From NCBI GenBank assembly GCA_015233495.1, contig JADFXQ010000009.1, forward strand, positions 1 through 47,965: a DNA stretch of 47,965 bases. Reading direction: 5' to 3'. How positions within the stretch are numbered: position 1 is the first letter of the stretch; each line of letters begins with the position of its first letter. Below are positions 39,013-47,965 of this stretch, piece by piece. Below the pieces are notes generated by a model. That model had not been told where the DNA came from and searched no databases. It saw nothing but the letters and a program-made list of their open reading frames with translations. The position numbers were made by a program, and so were the translations under genes. Source of the stretch: Candidatus Omnitrophota bacterium. GTDB taxonomy: Bacteria > Omnitrophota > Gorgyraeia > Zapsychrales > Zapsychraceae.

Positions 39013-39160
39013 ACTGTTTTCCTCTCTAAAACCTTGCGCAGATCCGGGATCTGCTCACGGTTACTCGGGCATGGCTTTGGATTTTACGTTGCGCGGTTGG
39101 CGCGTCGTAAGAGCCGCTACCCGTTATTGCCGGTCATCTTCTTTGGAAATTTGAAGGGAT

Positions 39161-39189
39161 ATTATGCAAAAAAGCGGAGATTTTGTCAA
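39161..39189 (-). promoter_or_regulatory. Sigma70-type promoter for rpsA
   Basis: TTGACA (39189-39184), 17-nt spacer, CATAAT (39166-39161). Confidence 0.7.
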
Positions 39190-39205
39190 ACAAAATTTAA
39201 AATAA

Positions 39206-40039
39206 TCAATTTTTTACCAAGCCTTTCCATATTCCTCGCTTAGCCTGACGCGCCTCCTGGTATTTTTGCTCAAACAATCCCTGATATTTCTTGTCCCGGT
39301 CATCCGGGTCCGGAATCGCATAACCTTGACGCACGATTTCTTCATTCACAAACAATAAAAGGCCATTGCGGATTTTATATTCCGGGATCCTTGCCAATTG
39401 ATTCATCGGAATAAAAACATACGCGCCCAGCGGTCCCCGGCGAAGCGCGCTTGGCGCGGCAATCTGCAGAATAACTTCATTGCCTTCCAATAAACTTTTC
39501 GTGAAATCCTGCGCGGCGCGGCCCTCGGCAATAAGATATTCTACCCGGCGGTTGGCGGCTCGCGCGTCCGCTAACGCTTGCGGGGTCCGAGAAGATTCCG
39601 CAGTCTTAACGCCCAGCAGGCGAATCACGCGGCCGTCGGTTAATCTGAACATATTCCCGGCAAGCACGCGGTCCACTTTGAACTTTTCCGAGGAATCAAT
39701 CGACACGCGAATTTTAGAGTCAACTCGGACGGAAAACGGTTTCCCGGTCCCCGACGCAATCGGGCGGTCCTCATTCAGGGGAATAGCTTTTTCTGGCTGA
39801 ACCATCGGCTCAGCGGGCGAAGTTTCTTCCACCGTAATTTCTTTGAATCTTTTTTGCGCAGCGGCAAACGTTTCCCCAATATATCGCTTGGCATTTACCG
39901 CTGCCGGTTGATCTTTCCATTGCGGATAATATTTCACCGCGGCGTATATCCCGGCGCCTACCAGAAGAAAAAACATAACCGTCCCGAAAGGGAATTCCGA
40001 TTCCACTTTCTCTTTTTTCTTCGTTCGCCGTTTCGCCAT
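39206..40039 (-). CDS. Membrane-anchored thermonuclease (SNase)-fold protein with degenerate active site
   Basis: N-terminal transmembrane segment FGTVMFFLLVGAGIYAAV; SNase scaffold IRLLGV.T.E, AYVF, VNEEIVRQGYA and EARQAKRGIW. ATG at 40039 follows an AGGAGAGAGG RBS. Confidence 0.8.
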   Translation of the reverse strand: MAKRRTKKKEKVESEFPFGTVMFFLLVGAGIYAAVKYYPQWKDQPAAVNAKRYIGETFAAAQKRFKEITVEETSPAEPMVQPEKAIPLNEDRPIASGTGKPFSVRVDSKIRVSIDSSEKFKVDRVLAGNMFRLTDGRVIRLLGVKTAESSRTPQALADARAANRRVEYLIAEGRAAQDFTKSLLEGNEVILQIAAPSALRRGPLGAYVFIPMNQLARIPEYKIRNGLLLFVNEEIVRQGYAIPDPDDRDKKYQGLFEQKYQEARQAKRGIWKGLVKN

Positions 40040-40076
40040 AACCTCTCTCCTCAACCGGCTGACAAAAACCGCAGGC

Positions 40077-41642
40077 CTAACCTGCCTCTTGAGCCATGCA
40101 TTGCAAAACTTCCAACTCGTCTTTATCAAAAAAAGTCTGGCCGCAAAACCCGCATTTGTCGACTTCCACCGGATAATAAGCGTTAAAAAGCCGCCGGGTA
40201 AACTGCTTTTTGCTCCGATCTGCGCAAACATGCGCCCGCTCGTTTTGGCTGGGCGGCAAAATCAGTAAATCCTTGTACTGCAAGCCGGTTTTTTCCTGCT
40301 TTAAAATTTTCGCCATTTGCCTGACCCGGTCATTGAAGGGCATTTCCCGTTTGGCAATAATCCCCGACACCGCGTTTTCATCTGCCAAAATACCGGCGCA
40401 CTGGCCGCAAACCTGCACCGGGAAACCTTCATAAAATTCCGTCCGCATTTTTATCACGCAGGCCGGACAAAAAATGTCCTGAGGATCGCTAGCCAGCGGC
40501 GTTGGCGACGGATTCATTATCTTCACTAAACCCGGCACGTTGTTTAAAGGTAAAGGATTTTCTGGCAATGGCGCGGCTTCCGGCGGCTTTTCCATATCCG
40601 CCAACTGGGTCTGCGTGCGCGCCGCCAAGGCATCCGGTCCGGCGTGGGCCATATCCAGCAAGATTTTTATCCTCTGGTCAATCGGCGGATGCGTGGAAAA
40701 CAAATCGGCGAATAAATCTTCCTTCCTGTCTAAAGAAGACATCCGGGGATTAACAATAAATAAATTTTCAAACGCGTCCGCCGCGTTGAATAAATTCCGC
40801 CGGTGATTTTTTATCAGATACAAAGCCTCGGCCAAACTGAGCGGATCGCGGGTCAAGCGCGCCGCAATCGCATCCGCGCGATATTCCCGCTGGCGGGAAA
40901 TGAACATCCGCAAAATCAGAGAAACAAAATTCGCGAACGCGATTAAAGCCATTAACAAAAGAATGAAGACAATAAACACACTGCCGGCCGAGGACCGGCG
41001 GTCGGAACGGGAGCCGTAACTGACGCCGTTTAATACCGTTTTCAATCCTAGGAAGATCGCTCCATACGTTTCCGTGACCGAACTCACGAAAGAAGCCGAC
41101 TGCGAATCGCGCGACACAATGTGTCCGGCCTCATGACCGATCACCGCTTCAAGCTGGGCCCGGTTGAATTTATAAAGCAGACCTTCCGTGACCCCAATGA
41201 CCGGCGTGTTCGACGGGTCAGACACGGCGAAGGCGTTTAAGGCCAAACCCGGCAATAGCACGCCGCGCATTTTCATACCGCCGGTCGCTACCGACACCTC
41301 GTCGATAATATTGAGCGCCATCTTCTGCCGCGGATCATTTTCATCCAGATCGCGGGCGCCCATAGCCGAGAGAATCCGCGGCACAATGCCGGAACCGGAA
41401 AGCCCAAACATCCCCGCGGTCAATAAAGCGCCGATTCCCAAAATGCAAAAGTTAGCCCCGGCGGCAGGAAAAACCAAATAAAACGGGCCGGGTTCCGTAG
41501 CCAGCAAATAATAATTCTGACAATTGATGATCAAGACATACGCTGCCCATAATGTCGCGAAAAACAAGGCGGTCAGAACGACAAAAACGCCAAGGATGAC
41601 TTGAGATTTCTCTTGCTCGATTTGAGTGAAGGAGTAAGGCAT
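40077..41642 (-). CDS. htpX: M48 (HtpX-like) membrane zinc metalloprotease with C-terminal zf-TFIIB-like zinc ribbons
   Basis: NAFA, VTEGLL, HEAGH, SRQREYRAD and FSTHP motifs; C-terminal CPAC...CGQC and ...CGFC. Confidence 0.85.
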   Translation of the reverse strand: MPYSFTQIEQEKSQVILGVFVVLTALFFATLWAAYVLIINCQNYYLLATEPGPFYLVFPAAGANFCILGIGALLTAGMFGLSGSGIVPRILSAMGARDLDENDPRQKMALNIIDEVSVATGGMKMRGVLLPGLALNAFAVSDPSNTPVIGVTEGLLYKFNRAQLEAVIGHEAGHIVSRDSQSASFVSSVTETYGAIFLGLKTVLNGVSYGSRSDRRSSAGSVFIVFILLLMALIAFANFVSLILRMFISRQREYRADAIAARLTRDPLSLAEALYLIKNHRRNLFNAADAFENLFIVNPRMSSLDRKEDLFADLFSTHPPIDQRIKILLDMAHAGPDALAARTQTQLADMEKPPEAAPLPENPLPLNNVPGLVKIMNPSPTPLASDPQDIFCPACVIKMRTEFYEGFPVQVCGQCAGILADENAVSGIIAKREMPFNDRVRQMAKILKQEKTGLQYKDLLILPPSQNERAHVCADRSKKQFTRRLFNAYYPVEVDKCGFCGQTFFDKDELEVLQCMAQEAG

Positions 41643-41654
41643 ACAATCTTCCGA

Positions 41655-42206
41655 CTAAAACTTCACTTCCGGCACGGCCTTATCCGCTTCTTCCGTCTTG
41701 AAAAAGAATTCGGGCTTAAACCCGGCCATACCCGCGACCACCGCGTCCGGAAATTTCTGGGTCGCGACATTATAGCGGTTGACTTCGTCATTATAATACT
41801 GCCGGGCAAAAGCGATTTTATTTTCCGTGGTAGTCAATTCCTCCTGCAGGCGGATCATATTCTGGTCGGCTTTGAGCTGAGGATAATTTTCCGATACTGC
41901 GAACAGACTGCGCAGAGTCGAGGTAAGCATATTTTCCGCGGCTTCCCGGTCGGCCACACCCTTGGCGTCCACTGCCATCTGCCGAGCCTTGGTGACATTT
42001 TCCAAAGTTTGGCGCTCATGCTGTAAATACCCTTTGGCGGTCTCGACGAGATTAGGGATCAAATCATGCCGGCGTTTGAGCTGTACATCAATCTGCGCCC
42101 AGCCGTTATACACATTCTGCCTAAGCTGCACCAGCCCATTGTAAATCGAAACATAAATCAAGACGCCTAACACCCCAATACCAACAATCAATAATAACGA
42201 AAACAT
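41655..42206 (-). CDS. lemA: LemA family protein
   Basis: YNGLV, IDVQLKRRHDLIPNLV, ENYPQLKA and ENKIAFARQYYN motifs. Confidence 0.96.
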   Translation of the reverse strand: MFSLLLIVGIGVLGVLIYVSIYNGLVQLRQNVYNGWAQIDVQLKRRHDLIPNLVETAKGYLQHERQTLENVTKARQMAVDAKGVADREAAENMLTSTLRSLFAVSENYPQLKADQNMIRLQEELTTTENKIAFARQYYNDEVNRYNVATQKFPDAVVAGMAGFKPEFFFKTEEADKAVPEVKF

Positions 42207-42251
42207 GAAGAGCTCCTTTCGTTTAGCATTCCTGCGTTATCTTTTTCTAAA

Positions 42252-42260
42252 ATTATAACA
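42252..42260 (-). promoter_or_regulatory. Extended -10 promoter upstream of lemA
   Basis: TGTTATAAT on the minus strand about 45 nt upstream of the ATG; no clear -35 element. Confidence 0.5.
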
Positions 42261-42458
42261 ATCAACCAAAAATTCCAAAACAAAAATTAAAATAATCCCA
42301 GGGAAAACACCGCGGCTGTTCTACCGTGAGGTTTACGAGTTGAGTCAGTTAAGAAATAGAGCGTGGATTAACGAGGAGTCAAATGACCGGTCACATATTT
42401 ATGCAAAATGCTGGAAATCAATGTCTGATAGGGTATTCTTTCTTTTTCCGATTATGTT

Positions 42459-44807
42459 TTATTGGGCCAAACCAAGCAACGCCGGTAAAGACGGGGCGGC
42501 TTTTATTGCGAGGATGACCGGAGTGAAACCGTCGATGCGCATCCGGCCTATCGGTTGCCGCCCAACCGGCAAAGGCACTCCGTTGTTGTCACGCAAAATT
42601 TGCAGATCCCATAATTTACGGTCCAGGTTGATCCCGCCGTATTGATTATCCGAGACGTCAGGACTGGACGTCTGATTGCCGATTGCTTCGGCCGGCGATA
42701 TTTTCCCTTCCTTGATTAAAGAAATCGCGTTGTCAGCATTCACGAATTCCTGATAGGTCATGATCTTCGCCCGGACCGTTGCCTCATACTCCGCTGTGAT
42801 GAAGCCGTGCGCCCGGGCGCGGCGCAGACCCAATTCAAAAAAGGCGCGGGCTTTTTCTTCCGGGACCAGATAAATCAAATGATCGCTTTCTTGCGTTTCC
42901 TTATGCTCCGACGGAATCCGGCCGAATTTTTCTTTGGCAAACAGGATATAATACGGTCCAAACTGAGCCGCGTTTTCATCCCTTTGCGTGGCCAGATTCA
43001 CGGGGCGCAATACGCCAAGTTCACCGAACCGAATTTGGCCTGACTCCATAATGCCCAGCATTGCCCAGTGCAGATTGAACGGGACAAAAGCGTCGCCTTT
43101 ATATTGCTGATAGGCGTTCAAAGTTCCATGCGCCCCCAAGCTATATTCAGCCGCTATTTTCAAAACATTCCGCCAAAGCTCCCAATTCTGCCGGATCCAT
43201 ACCTGGTCATCCGTATATTTTCGGTTATCGAAATGAACCAGATCTCTTTCTGCGTCCCGCAATTCTTCTTCCAAAGACATGACCGGTGAATAATAAGTGA
43301 CTCTCTGGAAGTCGCCTTTCATCCGTTGTTCCCGCAAAAAATGGGCTACCCGCCCCGGATCTTCCGTATGTTTTACGACGAGACTTTTGACGAGGGCTTG
43401 CCACTGGTCCGCCGGGACTGCGGCTAAACTGGCTTGCAATCTCCATGGGTTGACCGGGGTTTTTGCCAGACCTGCCTCAATATGCTCTTTCAACTTTTCA
43501 CCGGCCCATAATCCCCCGACTGCCCAAGGTAATTTTGGGGTAACAATACCGGGGCGGACTTCTTCCAATATTCCGGCTTCCGGCCTAATACTCGTCGGAT
43601 TTTCTACGGCTAAGGATCGAACGATCTTGACTTCACCCCCAGCGAAAAAGTCCGCGCGCTCTGCGGGGGTTACCGGCGATGAATGCGCGACCAGATCCGG
43701 AAGTCCGTCCGCCAAGAACCCGCCGGAAAAATATTGCCGGGAAACGGTTTCTTCGGTGACGGGATCGGTTTCTTCTTTAGTGTAGTCAAAGACGCCTTGT
43801 TTGAACGCGGATAGATATTGTTGGTAGATTTTGTCCTTGACCGTCGGGTCATTGAGGTTTATGCCTTTGGTCTTGGCTTGGTCGACGTAAACTTTGCCCA
43901 AGAGGGTTTCTTTGAGATTAATTTTGTACCAGGTTGCCAAGATCATGGAATTGAAGATCTGGCGCAGATTGGCAAAGTTTTGTCCTGCGTTGACTTCTTT
44001 TTCGATGGCTGGGATGATGATGGCACGGTAGATTTGGATAACTTTCTCTTCGAACTCCCCACGCGCCTGCCTCACGGCAAGCTCGGGGGAGGGAATGCCC
44101 TGTTCCTTCTCGCTTACTGGGTCTTGTGTCTTACTTAACAGATAGTCCCTTTCCATCATGACTTTTAGGTGACTTTTCAACACAAAGGCCTTTGCACCGT
44201 TTTGGTAAACCTTGGCCTCCGACGGGATGATCCAGACTTTGTGAAATGTATCTACCGGAACATCTTCCGTCCCGAATTGGGCTTTGGCCTGGGCGCGCAC
44301 CCTTTGCCAAAATTCTTTGCCGAGTTCTTTTTCCGGATACAACAACGAGGCAGTCAGTTGCTTCAAGACATAATCCTGGGCCAATAAGTCACGGCCCATT
44401 TCCGTTTTTCCCAAATCTTTGGCAATAACCTTGTCTTTTTCTGCCGGCGAAAGGTTGACCCAAGTCTGGTCGTCGGGTATAGTTAAGGAAGCGTAAAAAT
44501 ATTTGATCAATTTGAGCGACTCGGCCTTTAACCGCTCGCCTCGAATTTTGTCATGTCCTGTATCAATAATAAAATCAATCAACAAGGGATTTTCCGGATG
44601 CACGATCAGCCCGCGAATCATGGCCGGCGCATATCCGGCAGTCGGCGGGACCATAGTTCCGGGGCTGGGTAAGACCAACTGACTGCTCCGGCTGAATTGA
44701 GCATACCCGTTTCCCGGCAGAGATACGGCGAATAAGACGGCCAATAACCCGGCCAAACCGCGAAATACCAGCCTGTGGCGATATATGTTTATTCGTCTTA
44801 TCATCAC
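42459..44807 (-). CDS. Predicted secreted modular protein of unknown function (N-terminal carrier-like domain, central region, C-terminal GGI(N/D)L tail)
   Basis: 782-aa ORF with a basic N-terminus, a hydrophobic stretch and a GYA|Q signal-peptidase-like site. C-terminus reads GGINL...LQILRDNNGVPLP...GFTPVI...LPALLG. The start could be ATG 44804. Confidence 0.85.
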   Translation of the reverse strand: MMIRRINIYRHRLVFRGLAGLLAVLFAVSLPGNGYAQFSRSSQLVLPSPGTMVPPTAGYAPAMIRGLIVHPENPLLIDFIIDTGHDKIRGERLKAESLKLIKYFYASLTIPDDQTWVNLSPAEKDKVIAKDLGKTEMGRDLLAQDYVLKQLTASLLYPEKELGKEFWQRVRAQAKAQFGTEDVPVDTFHKVWIIPSEAKVYQNGAKAFVLKSHLKVMMERDYLLSKTQDPVSEKEQGIPSPELAVRQARGEFEEKVIQIYRAIIIPAIEKEVNAGQNFANLRQIFNSMILATWYKINLKETLLGKVYVDQAKTKGINLNDPTVKDKIYQQYLSAFKQGVFDYTKEETDPVTEETVSRQYFSGGFLADGLPDLVAHSSPVTPAERADFFAGGEVKIVRSLAVENPTSIRPEAGILEEVRPGIVTPKLPWAVGGLWAGEKLKEHIEAGLAKTPVNPWRLQASLAAVPADQWQALVKSLVVKHTEDPGRVAHFLREQRMKGDFQRVTYYSPVMSLEEELRDAERDLVHFDNRKYTDDQVWIRQNWELWRNVLKIAAEYSLGAHGTLNAYQQYKGDAFVPFNLHWAMLGIMESGQIRFGELGVLRPVNLATQRDENAAQFGPYYILFAKEKFGRIPSEHKETQESDHLIYLVPEEKARAFFELGLRRARAHGFITAEYEATVRAKIMTYQEFVNADNAISLIKEGKISPAEAIGNQTSSPDVSDNQYGGINLDRKLWDLQILRDNNGVPLPVGRQPIGRMRIDGFTPVILAIKAAPSLPALLGLAQ

Positions 44808-44876
44808 TTAAAGTATAATCTATAAAAGGGGCAAGGGTAAGGCACAGCGAGGGATTTCTATTGGCCTATTCGTTCG

Positions 44877-44911
44877 TAACACTTGACGTTATTAACGCGG
44901 CGTGTTATGCT
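44877..44911 (+). promoter_or_regulatory. higBA promoter with two tandem palindromic operators
   Basis: TTGACG (44883-44888), 17-nt spacer, TATGCT (44906-44911). TAAC-N7-GTTA occurs at 44877-44891 and at 44893-44907. Confidence 0.75.
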
Positions 44912-44917
44912 TATCTT

Positions 44918-45199
44918 GTGATCCGATCATTCGCTTGCAAAGAAACGGAACGTCTTTACTGCCGCGAGGTTTCGCGGCGGGTCCCGCCTGATATTCAGCG
45001 GACCGCTTTACGTAAACTTTGGGCGATTGACGCGGCGATTGATCTGAATACCTTGCGCGTTCCGCCGGCGAATCATTTGGAGGCTTTCTCCGGCAGCCGC
45101 AAAGGGCAACACAGCATCAGGGTCAATGAACAATGGCGGATCTGTTTTATTTGGCGGGACAGCCATGCCTATGATGTTGAAATCGTTGATTATCATTAA
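44918..45199 (+). CDS. higB: HigB toxin (RelE/ParE superfamily, plasmid maintenance system killer type)
   Basis: GTG start giving MIRSFACKETERL; LRVPPANHLE, GQHSIRVNEQWRICF and VEIVDYH motifs. Confidence 0.93.
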   Translation: MIRSFACKETERLYCREVSRRVPPDIQRTALRKLWAIDAAIDLNTLRVPPANHLEAFSGSRKGQHSIRVNEQWRICFIWRDSHAYDVEIVDYH

Positions 45200-45211
45200 G
45201 GAGCGGTCATC

Positions 45212-45514
45212 ATGAAAAATAAAAAATTAGCACCCATTCATCCCGGTGAAGTGCTGAATGAGGATTTCTTGAAACCCATGGGAATCAGCCAGTATCGGCT
45301 CGCGCAGGATATCCATGTGCCGCCGCGGCGTATCAATGAAATTGTTCACGGCATCCGCGCGGTATCGGCTGACACGGCTTTGCGTCTGGGAAAATTTTTC
45401 GGAGTATCTGCGCAATTTTGGATCAATTTGCAGGCCCATTATGATCTGGCGGTTGAAGAAGACCGTCTTGGTACCCGACTGGATATGGAAGTCCATGCCT
45501 TGGTAACGGCGTAA
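45212..45514 (+). CDS. higA: HigA antitoxin (HTH-XRE)
   Basis: PIHPGEVLNEDFLKP, RINEIVHG and DTALRL..FFG...FWINLQ motifs; AAGGAG RBS. Confidence 0.95.
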   Translation: MKNKKLAPIHPGEVLNEDFLKPMGISQYRLAQDIHVPPRRINEIVHGIRAVSADTALRLGKFFGVSAQFWINLQAHYDLAVEEDRLGTRLDMEVHALVTA

Positions 45515-45533
45515 TAGACGTTTTTCTCGCCTT

Positions 45534-45574
45534 AAAAAAACCGGCGAGCGGTAAAACCGCTCGCCGATTTTTTT
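45534..45574. terminator. Bidirectional intrinsic terminator between higA and groEL
   Basis: A7 - CGGCGAGCGGT-AAA-ACCGCTCGCCG - T7. Confidence 0.8.
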
Positions 45575-45580
45575 AGAGTT

Positions 45581-45613
45581 AAAAATAAAAGGCGCCGAGC
45601 GCCTTTTATTTTT
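45581..45613. terminator. Second bidirectional terminator-like hairpin
   Basis: AAAAATAAAAGGCGC-CGA-GCGCCTTTTATTTTT. Confidence 0.75.
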
Positions 45614-45616
45614 CAA

Positions 45617-47299
<1,683 letters not shown>

Positions 47300-47349
47300 T
47301 TATTTACCCCCGCCTTTCCCTCCCCCATAAAGGGGGAGGAAAAGTGGAG

Positions 47350-47640
47350 TTATCTGAGGATAGCGAAAATATCGTCTTCTCTCATGATTAGGTATTCTTC
47401 ACCCTCTTTGGTGGTGATTTCCGTGCCGGAATATTTCCCGTACAAAATCACTTCGCCGACCTTGACTTCCGGAGCGACCAATTTACCGTCATCCTTGACT
47501 TTGCCTTTGCCCACCGCCACAACTTTGCCTTCTTGCGGCTTTTCTTTCGCGTTGTCCGGAAGCACAATCCCGCCCTTGGTCACTTCAACTGCTTCCAGAG
47601 GTTTCACGACAATTCTGTCGCCTAATGGTTGAATGTTCAT
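47350..47640 (-). CDS. groS: Co-chaperonin GroES
   Basis: [18 protein letters not shown] and KYSGTE motifs; AGGAGGGG RBS. Confidence 0.98.
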   Translation of the reverse strand: MNIQPLGDRIVVKPLEAVEVTKGGIVLPDNAKEKPQEGKVVAVGKGKVKDDGKLVAPEVKVGEVILYGKYSGTEITTKEGEEYLIMREDDIFAILR

Positions 47641-47766
47641 GCTTACTCCCCTCCTGTTTTAACTGTTAACAATAGGTTTTTGATTTGGGGGACACCGCTT
47701 AATTCGCCACTATTTTCTGAATCACGAAAATGTGCTGCGGAATAAAGCGTCGGTCTCCGGAACGGC

Positions 47767-47793
47767 TTAGCACTGTTTTGCCCAGAGTGCTAA
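47767..47793. promoter_or_regulatory. CIRCE element (HrcA operator)
   Basis: TTAGCACTG-N9-GAGTGCTAA, one mismatch to the consensus TTAGCACTC-N9-GAGTGCTAA. Confidence 0.92.
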
Positions 47794-47819
47794 TTTACCA
47801 AAAAAAAAATTTCTGTCAA
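47792..47819 (-). promoter_or_regulatory. Sigma70-type groESL promoter abutting CIRCE
   Basis: TTGACA (47819-47814), 16-nt spacer ending TGG, TAAATT (47797-47792). Confidence 0.7.
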
Positions 47820-47965
47820 GCAATATTTTTCCCAGCGATGGGAATGATACCATAGATCCTTACCCCCTATTCCCTGGGGGGGCGAAAAAAATTTTAATCA
47901 TCAAAGCCGATATCTTTGAGGAGCTCCGGGCTCGATATGAAGCATTTTGCCGGGGTCATATAGGT

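Noticed and set aside
40040..40231. ORF-track N-terminal extensions (SNase-like gene here; likewise rpsC, rpsM, rplF, rplK, rplO, rpoB and pilT)
   Set aside because: They overlap upstream genes or lack homology. Downstream starts with conserved N-termini and/or an RBS fit better.
47894..47965. Possible 3' end of an upstream minus-strand gene (TYMTPAKCFISSPELLKDIGFDD*)
   Set aside because: Only 23 codons at the window edge; too little to identify or support.

Overview
Bacterial core-genome window, almost entirely on the minus strand. In transcription order it carries: groES-groEL with a CIRCE operator; a divergent higBA toxin-antitoxin pair; a 782-aa predicted secreted modular protein of unknown function; lemA, htpX with a zinc-ribbon tail and a degenerate thermonuclease; rpsA; tyrS. 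Next comes an uninterrupted ~31 kb superoperon (tRNA-Thr, rpmG, tRNA-Trp, secE, nusG, rplKAJL, rpoBC, rpsLG, fusA, tuf, then the S10, spc and alpha clusters, with rpmD absent). It is followed by an aminotransferase, pilT, an isocitrate/isopropylmalate dehydrogenase and a CNNM/hemolysin-family gene broken by an inversion at ~277-283. A PVC-type organism, probably Omnitrophota, is inferred from gene order, the missing rpmD and my recollection of the 782-aa protein family; this is not verified. The most notable observations are: (1) the carrier/cargo/C-terminal-tag architecture of the 782-aa protein, with a possible ADP-ribosyltransferase-like cargo; (2) the intragenic inversion with microhomology, which may be an amplification or assembly artefact; (3) 7-nt-periodic arrays and REP-like fold-backs in many intergenic spacers; (4) RpoB and RpoC ending in the same QPDSKTxxE-stop motif, with the RpoC copy encoded in a 59-nt overlap with rpsL; (5) an apparently catalytically dead membrane-anchored SNase.
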